Source of the DNA: Rhodothermales bacterium
GTDB taxonomy: Bacteria; Bacteroidota; Rhodothermia; Rhodothermales; UBA10348
Length of the DNA stretch: 54,504 nt
Direction of reading: 5' to 3'
Assembly (NCBI GenBank): GCA_030830105.1
Contig: JAURNP010000070.1
Coordinates: forward strand, 1-54,504
In this document: positions 49,228 through 54,504 of the stretch, piece by piece
Layout: every line of letters starts with the position of its first letter
Numbering within the stretch: position 1 is the stretch's first letter
Notes under the pieces: model-generated
Database searches by the model: none
Seen by the model: the letters and a program-made list of their open reading frames with translations, nothing else
Told to the model about the DNA's origin: nothing
Program-made: the position numbers and the translations under genes

Positions 49228-49862
49228 GCCGTCTTTTCGCCCTTGGACAGGGCCAGATCGAAGCAGTCGCGACAGCGCGGCTCATACGATTCCTGTGCGC
49301 CTAGTTGGAAGCGACTCGTGCTACCGGAGAGGCGTTGTGAGTGATTGGCCGGATTACCGCAGACTACGCAAATGGCGTGCAGCTTGGTGACGTATTCGGC
49401 GATGGCCATGATCTGGGGCATCGGCTCGAATGGCTGACCCAGGTAGTCTTGATCCAGACCCGCAACGATTACCCGCTTGCCCGATTCCGCCAACTCCCGG
49501 CAGACTTCAGTCAGGTCATCTCCAAAAAACTGCGCTTCATCGACCCCCACGACATCAGAATCTTGAGCCAGAAGGACGATTTGAGAGGCAGTAGCCACTG
49601 CCGTGGAGCGCAACGCGGAGTCATCGTGTGAAACGACCTCGTCCTCGGAATATCGGGTATCAAGGGCCGGTTTGAATATTTCCGTTCGCTGCCGGGCAAT
49701 GTTGGCACGACGGACCCGCCGAATGAGCTCTTCGGTCTTACCACTGAACATCGAGCCGCAGACGACTTCAATCCAGCCTACTTTGCGCGAGGTTTTTAGT
49801 ACGTGGGGTTCGAGAGTCACGATTCGAGTGTTGCCAGGGGGTCGTCGTTGGTGGCTGTCCAC
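49107..49862 (-). CDS. tdk: Thymidine kinase with Ser-rich C-terminal extension
   Basis: Contains the P-loop GSMFSGKTEELI, VVGVDEAQFF, and the zinc ribbon CVVCGNPANHSQR...EPRCRDC. About 45 extra C-terminal residues run antisense into the DUF445 gene. Confidence 0.9.
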   Translation of the reverse strand: MDSHQRRPPGNTRIVTLEPHVLKTSRKVGWIEVVCGSMFSGKTEELIRRVRRANIARQRTEIFKPALDTRYSEDEVVSHDDSALRSTAVATASQIVLLAQDSDVVGVDEAQFFGDDLTEVCRELAESGKRVIVAGLDQDYLGQPFEPMPQIMAIAEYVTKLHAICVVCGNPANHSQRLSGSTSRFQLGAQESYEPRCRDCFDLALSKGEKTAQSSSDSVESSTESDASSKASATPASSEAASDSPGSAVRA

Positions 49863-49903
49863 GCGATGTGGTTGCCATGTGGCGTCCGAAGATACGGATA
49901 CGA

Positions 49904-50662
49904 TCAGATATCGCCGAGCGAAGTAGAGGGTACCCAGCCACGTGTCCCGTTTGGGATTTCTACGAGCTGCCAGTTGGTCGCCGAAGCTCGGACTTCAACA
50001 ATCAACCCTTCGTGTACTTCCACAACAGAATCAGCCTGTTCGCTAGCTTGCTCGCGGAGTTCGAGCCGTTCTTCCAATACCACAGATCGGTCGGGGAATG
50101 CGGGCCAGAGGGACGAAGAGAGGGCATACGTCATCAGGACCAAACCGACTATAAGTGCCGTCTGGCGGCCCCGTCGGTACCACTCGCCTTCGACAGCAAA
50201 GACGGCCTTGGCTACCCACCCGGCGGTAAATACCAGCCAGCATGCTATCCCGATCAGGAATGCGACTCCAAGAGGCAGGGTGGCAACCAACCATTGCTGG
50301 GCATCTTTCCAGAACGGTTTGGGCAACTTCGAAAAGCGATCAACCTGCCGCCGCTGTGCAACGGCCAGCGAGTGCTGAGTCCGCGGATTTTCCTGGTTGA
50401 GCAGTCGGGCCTTTTCCAAATAGCGAATGGCCTGTCCCAATTCGTCGAGCCGGTAATAGGCCAATCCTATGTTGTAATAGAGGGCATCCGATGCCCATCC
50501 TGATTTTTCGACCGGCTCGAAAAGCCGTAACGCATCCTGGAATCGGCCGTCGATAAGCGCCGCCGTACCCTCATCGAAGAGGCGAACTGCTTCGGCATCC
50601 TGGGCGCGCACCGGAAAGGTGAGCGAGACCAGTACAATCGCTATGGACACATAGTGGATCAT
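49904..50662 (-). CDS. batE: BatE-like protein (TPR plus TM segments plus C-terminal SH3b domain)
   Basis: Has a signal peptide, TPR repeats (ALYYNIGLAYYRLDELGQAIRYLEKA), two TM segments and an SH3b-like end (WQLVEIPNGTRGWVPSTSL). It overlaps the batD stop by 4 nt. Confidence 0.65.
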   Translation of the reverse strand: MIHYVSIAIVLVSLTFPVRAQDAEAVRLFDEGTAALIDGRFQDALRLFEPVEKSGWASDALYYNIGLAYYRLDELGQAIRYLEKARLLNQENPRTQHSLAVAQRRQVDRFSKLPKPFWKDAQQWLVATLPLGVAFLIGIACWLVFTAGWVAKAVFAVEGEWYRRGRQTALIVGLVLMTYALSSSLWPAFPDRSVVLEERLELREQASEQADSVVEVHEGLIVEVRASATNWQLVEIPNGTRGWVPSTSLGDI

Positions 50663-52521
50663 GCGTCGAGTTGCTCGTCCAGATCCGGAATGAGAGCCGA
50701 AGCATCGTCGAAGGCAGACTCCTTGTTTTCAGGCGAAAACGAGGCGGGAGCAAACCGGCCACGATCACAAAGGTCCAGCAATGCCTTCAGTCTGTTACGC
50801 AGCGATTCATGAATGCCGCGTTCAGCCAGGAGTCCATCCAGTTGTGGACGGGTCAAGCCTTTCTCAGCGATGTCGAGTCGATTACCGATGAATCCGAGAA
50901 CAGCCCGCTCCACTTCTTCGAAATACCCCTGGGTATCTCCGGATTCGAGCAGCTCCATTGCCTGTTTCAGGTGCTTACGACTGAGCGGGTGCGCACGGCG
51001 TCCACGGGCCCATCGGGGATCACGAACGAGTCGATTCTGATGGCGCCGCCATACGCGAACGCCTCCCATGACAGCGAGAGGAAGGAGAATGAGGGACCAC
51101 ACCCACCATCGGGCGTGCAGCGGTAACCGATCCGTTGGCGTCCAGGCCTCGGCAGCCGTAAAAAGGGGTGCGAAGTCGTCCACAGGCATCCCATTGGTAG
51201 TAGCCGTCACTGACAAGGGAGAGGTGGCGGTACCCGTCACCGAGACGGGAATGGGATCGGTCAATGATGTCCGGTACCTGCCTGTGCCTGGATCGAACCA
51301 GGAAAAAGTAATCGGGGGGATCTCGAATGTCCCGTTGGTCCGCGGGATCAGGATATAGCGGAACGTCTTGCTGCCCTTCAGTTGCGAACCTGCTCGGTCC
51401 AGCAATGTGGATACATCCGGGTCATAGACGTCGAATGCACCGGGTATATCCAGAATTGGAGCTTCCATCGTGGCCAGGTTGCCACGTCCGTTGACGGTGA
51501 CCGACAGCTGCATCGATTCGCCCACTTCCAGCGAGGTCCGGTCGGGTCTGGCCGTCATCGCGTAGGAGCCTACGGCGCCATTGAATGAGAACGGTGCCCC
51601 CTCTGGGAGTGGCCGGGTAGCGATGGTCACTTCGGGGGACTCGAGCTGTACCGGCGTGAATCGGGTCTGCATAGCGAAGAGTGAGCGGAACGGATCCCGG
51701 GATCCGAACGGCAACATTGCCTCGCTTTCAATCTTGAGTGGATCCACGGACAGGTCCCCCGCCCGCGTGGGAAACACAGCAGCGCGCTTGAGAACAATCG
51801 TGTTGTATCGCAGCCCGTTTTCGACGACGATGCGCGGGATCGGCCGTGTTTCTACGTCCAATTCCTCACGCCAAAAGCCTTCTGCATCCCATGAATCGGT
51901 CAGGCGGCTCTGGCGCAGCTGGATTCCTTCCCGAAAGAAGAGGCGGTACTCGATGACCACCTGCTCGTTCTGCCAGGCGGGTCGTTTACTCGGTACGGCA
52001 CGAATAAACAGATCGGATTCATCCGGTTCGGGAGCTGGCTCTGTGGCAGGAGGGTCGAAGGGTGAGCGGAAGGCTCCTGCAAACGGGTCCGTTCGGCGAG
52101 CACGAGCTGGCCGCTGATCCTGTGGGACGACCTGCACTTGAATGGCCTGCGTATGGTACTCGCGGTCTTTCACCCGCACGGTCGACGCTTCAATTCGCGC
52201 CGTCCCTTGCCCTGTGGGCCGGTACGTCCAGGAGTAGCCGAAGCTGCGACTCATCTGCCCACCGATGATCGAGACGCTCTGCTGGGTCCGCGGGATGGTT
52301 TGCAGCAGGGCTAATCCCACCGCTTCCGGCGGCTGCGGGACCTGTACATCGGAGCCATCCGAGCCATCGATCGTGATGGTCAACGTGACGCTCTCTTCTG
52401 TACCGATGGTGGTTGCGTCCACGGAGGCTTGTACATCCACCTGGCGCGCCAAAGCAGACGACGCTCCAGTCAAGGCGACGAACACGAACACCAGCGTGCC
52501 TGCGATCGCTCGCTTTCCCAT
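50659..52521 (-). CDS. batD: BatD-like oxygen-tolerance protein
   Basis: Roughly 620-aa secreted beta-rich protein with a single C-proximal TM segment (WWVWSLILLPLAVMGGV). Size and position between batC and batE fit BatD. I used the ATG at 52521; the tracked TTG is at 52554. Confidence 0.7.
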   Translation of the reverse strand: MGKRAIAGTLVFVFVALTGASSALARQVDVQASVDATTIGTEESVTLTITIDGSDGSDVQVPQPPEAVGLALLQTIPRTQQSVSIIGGQMSRSFGYSWTYRPTGQGTARIEASTVRVKDREYHTQAIQVQVVPQDQRPARARRTDPFAGAFRSPFDPPATEPAPEPDESDLFIRAVPSKRPAWQNEQVVIEYRLFFREGIQLRQSRLTDSWDAEGFWREELDVETRPIPRIVVENGLRYNTIVLKRAAVFPTRAGDLSVDPLKIESEAMLPFGSRDPFRSLFAMQTRFTPVQLESPEVTIATRPLPEGAPFSFNGAVGSYAMTARPDRTSLEVGESMQLSVTVNGRGNLATMEAPILDIPGAFDVYDPDVSTLLDRAGSQLKGSKTFRYILIPRTNGTFEIPPITFSWFDPGTGRYRTSLTDPIPVSVTGTATSPLSVTATTNGMPVDDFAPLFTAAEAWTPTDRLPLHARWWVWSLILLPLAVMGGVRVWRRHQNRLVRDPRWARGRRAHPLSRKHLKQAMELLESGDTQGYFEEVERAVLGFIGNRLDIAEKGLTRPQLDGLLAERGIHESLRNRLKALLDLCDRGRFAPASFSPENKESAFDDASALIPDLDEQLDA

Positions 52522-52547
52522 GATGTGGCCGGCAATTTCCTTCACGG

Positions 52548-53309
52548 CTACCAATCCTTCTCTACCCGGCGTGGCCGGGACTTCATTTTCTGGACCTGTC
52601 TCAGCAATTGCTGTTCCTCATTCTCGAGTGCTTGCAGGATCCGTTGTGCTTCCTCCTCACTCAATTGGGTCGGGTCCTCACGTTCCTGCTGTTGCTGCTG
52701 CTGGTCCTGTTCTTGCTGATTTTCCTGATCCTGGGAGTTTTGCTGCTGCTGATCCTGCTGCTGGTCGTTCTGGTCGCTTTGCTCCCCGTCTTGATCTTGT
52801 TGATCCTGGTTATCCTGATTCTCCTGGTCTTGTTGATCCTGGTTGTCCTGATTCTCCTGGTCCTGCTCTTGTTGCTCCTCGAGCTGACGTTTGACGAATT
52901 CGTAATTGAACTTGGCGTCCTGATTCGAGGGGTCATTCAAGAGCGCGCGTCGGTAATGCTCCAGCGATTGTTCGAGTTGCTGGGTCTGATAGGCCGCGTT
53001 TCCAGCATTATAGCTGGCCCTGACCAGGTTTTCGGTACCTATGGCCATGGAGGCCGCGCTGGCAAATGCGATTCCTGCCCCTTCAGCGTCGCCGGAACGA
53101 TAAAGGGCAGCCCCCAGGTTGTTCAGTAGTCCACTGTGAACGGCTCCGGGACCACCGTCCTGTACGGAGATGATGCCCTCACGATATGAAGCAGCAGCTT
53201 CCTCGTACTGTTCCTGAGCGTACAGGGTATTGCCCTGACGGCCCTTCTTTTTGCCGTCACCAGGCCCTGCAATCAGGGCAGCCAGCAGTATGAACAGGAT
53301 GGGTTTCAT
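52548..53309 (-). CDS. batC: BatC-like TPR protein with Q/D/E/N-rich low-complexity tail
   Basis: Has a signal peptide, TPR repeats (GNTLYAQEQYEEAAASYREGI; YNAGNAAYQTQQLEQSLEHYRRAL), and then about 75 residues composed almost only of Q, D, E and N. Confidence 0.65.
   Translation of the reverse strand: MKPILFILLAALIAGPGDGKKKGRQGNTLYAQEQYEEAAASYREGIISVQDGGPGAVHSGLLNNLGAALYRSGDAEGAGIAFASAASMAIGTENLVRASYNAGNAAYQTQQLEQSLEHYRRALLNDPSNQDAKFNYEFVKRQLEEQQEQDQENQDNQDQQDQENQDNQDQQDQDGEQSDQNDQQQDQQQQNSQDQENQQEQDQQQQQQEREDPTQLSEEEAQRILQALENEEQQLLRQVQKMKSRPRRVEKDW
52796..52861. repeat. Tandem 33-bp in-frame duplication inside batC
   Basis: CTTGTTGATCCTGGTTATCCTGATTCTCCTGGT (52796-52828) is repeated at 52829-52861 with one A/G difference. 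It encodes QENQDNQDQQD twice. Confidence 0.9.
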
Positions 53310-53348
53310 GGATTTGTTCGGAGGTGTTCGAAGCCATTTTGCTTCGGG

Positions 53349-54398
53349 TCACACGGTTTCCTCGCTGGTTCTGAAACGACGACCATTGTCGCTGCGTTTC
53401 CGCTCGGGTGTCATCCACTCTCCAAACAGGAGCAGGAGTCCCAAGAGCAGCGGCCACTGAAAGCGTTCCTGGTACTCTTCGAATTCTTCCTGTCCAAACG
53501 TAGTCTGATCCAGTTGATCTAGGGCAGCCGTTATTCGGGGGAGAGAGCTCGATGTCCTGGCGATACGGAAATAGGCACCGTCACGAGCCAGGTCCTGGAG
53601 GACAGCTTCTTCCAGTCTCGTGGTAACAACATTGCCTGTACGATCCTTTTTCCAGTCGATACGTCGTCCGTTCCGGTAGACCGGAATAGGTGCTCCGTCC
53701 GTTTCGCCGACTCCGGCAGCGTAAACGACCACGCCCTCATTGCGCGCATCCTGCAGGATGGTTTCCAGCTCAGAAATATGATTTTCGCCATCAGATACAA
53801 ACAAGATGGCACGTGTCCGGGCCTCTGTGTCCGGCGTACCGGTGGGCGCTTCAAATGCCTGCAGTGCCATTTCCAGCGCAGCGCTGAAATCCGTACCCGG
53901 GGTCGGGATGAGCGAGGGATCGGCTACATCCAAGAATAGGCGCAAAGCCCCGTAATCCGTCGTCAACGGACACTGAATGAAGGCATCACCAGCAAATGTG
54001 ACCAGGGCAATCCGGTCTCCGTCCATATCGCCCAATAAATTCTTGATCTCGTTGCGCGCACGGTCCAGTCGGTTGGGCGCCACGTCTTCTGCCATCATCG
54101 AGGCGGACACGTCCATGGCGATGACCAGGTCGATACCTTCGCGCGTGACTTCTTTCAATCGAGTGCCAAATCGTGGGCCGATCAGCGCCAATACGATCAA
54201 TGCGATTCCGAGCGTTTTGAGGGCGGCTTTCCACCGGCGTCGACGCGGGCTCAGTGAGGCGGCGAGACGCGAGATCGAGGACTGTGTCCCGAATCGCTGC
54301 GCGAGCTGCCGCCGCCGGAAAGCCGCCAACAGAAACAGCCCGATCACGATCGGAATCAGTACTAAGGTCCAACCATATTGAGGATTCAGCCATTCCAT
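53349..54398 (-). CDS. batB: BatB-like von Willebrand factor A (VWA) membrane protein
   Basis: Has two N-terminal TM segments, a VWA domain with MIDAS motif DLVIAMDVSASM...SDGE, and a C-terminal TM segment. Its ATG overlaps the batA stop (TGATG). Confidence 0.85.
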   Translation of the reverse strand: MEWLNPQYGWTLVLIPIVIGLFLLAAFRRRQLAQRFGTQSSISRLAASLSPRRRRWKAALKTLGIALIVLALIGPRFGTRLKEVTREGIDLVIAMDVSASMMAEDVAPNRLDRARNEIKNLLGDMDGDRIALVTFAGDAFIQCPLTTDYGALRLFLDVADPSLIPTPGTDFSAALEMALQAFEAPTGTPDTEARTRAILFVSDGENHISELETILQDARNEGVVVYAAGVGETDGAPIPVYRNGRRIDWKKDRTGNVVTTRLEEAVLQDLARDGAYFRIARTSSSLPRITAALDQLDQTTFGQEEFEEYQERFQWPLLLGLLLLFGEWMTPERKRSDNGRRFRTSEETV

Positions 54399-54504
54399 CA
54401 GGGAAACCTCCGGAATAGGGTGGTTGCCAGCAGGACCTCGAACAACAACAGCAAGAGGCCGGGGAAGAGGAGGCTGGCATACCGCTCCTCATAATCCATA
54501 TAAC
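54398..54504 (-). CDS. batA: BatA-like VWA protein, C-terminal fragment (continues past the right edge)
   Basis: My own minus-strand translation gives ...YMDYEERYASLLFPGLLLLLFEVLLATTLFRRFP*, a terminal TM anchor typical of BatA. The frame is open to the window end. Confidence 0.6.
   Translation of the reverse strand, partial: YMDYEERYASLLFPGLLLLLFEVLLATTLFRRFP

Noticed and set aside
52660-52880. Repetitive DNA in batC as a CRISPR array or mobile repeat
   Set aside because: The repeats are in frame and contiguous with no spacers. They lie inside a continuous ORF that encodes a low-complexity Q/D/E/N tract, so this is not a CRISPR array.

Overview
This 54.5-kb chromosomal segment is densely packed with mostly housekeeping genes. 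Gene content points to a Bacteroidota/Rhodothermota-type organism: a BatA-E aerotolerance cluster, DUF5916, DUF3098, DUF5683 directly after parAB, and a TTG-N21-TAnnTTTG promoter in front of tRNA-Ala. Recognisable genes are moeB-like, an LctP-family permease, tRNA-Ala(GGC), ndk, an RsbU/RsbW/RsbV-like partner-switching trio, lptC/ostA-like/lptB, tyrS, a DAHP synthase, glmS, prfA, rpsF-rpsR-rplI, a DsbD-like reductase, a rhomboid protease, an alpha-oxoamine synthase with a GNAT-fold protein and a HAD hydrolase, parA/parB, a UvrD-family helicase, two MacB-type permeases, rpiA, radA, mlaEFD, tdk and batA-E. I saw no rRNA, CRISPR array, transposase, integrase or obvious defence island. The strongest novelty candidate is the only long ORF-poor gap, 29659-30988 (1.33 kb). 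It holds a consensus-like promoter, about 750 nt packed with UUCG/GNRA-capped hairpins and nested long-range helices, and a strong intrinsic terminator. I read it as a candidate large structured ncRNA that I could not match to RNase P, tmRNA or SRP by signature motifs. A second, roughly 95-nt sRNA-like unit sits just upstream. Other points worth a second look are a single in-frame TAG inside the otherwise intact glmS, an in-frame 126-codon helical extension on lptB, an AOS/GNAT-fold/HAD operon that may make amino-lipids, two unusual CDS overlaps, and several short tandem or direct repeats. Every call rests on reading the supplied translations and the DNA by eye. No database search, folding or covariation calculation was run.
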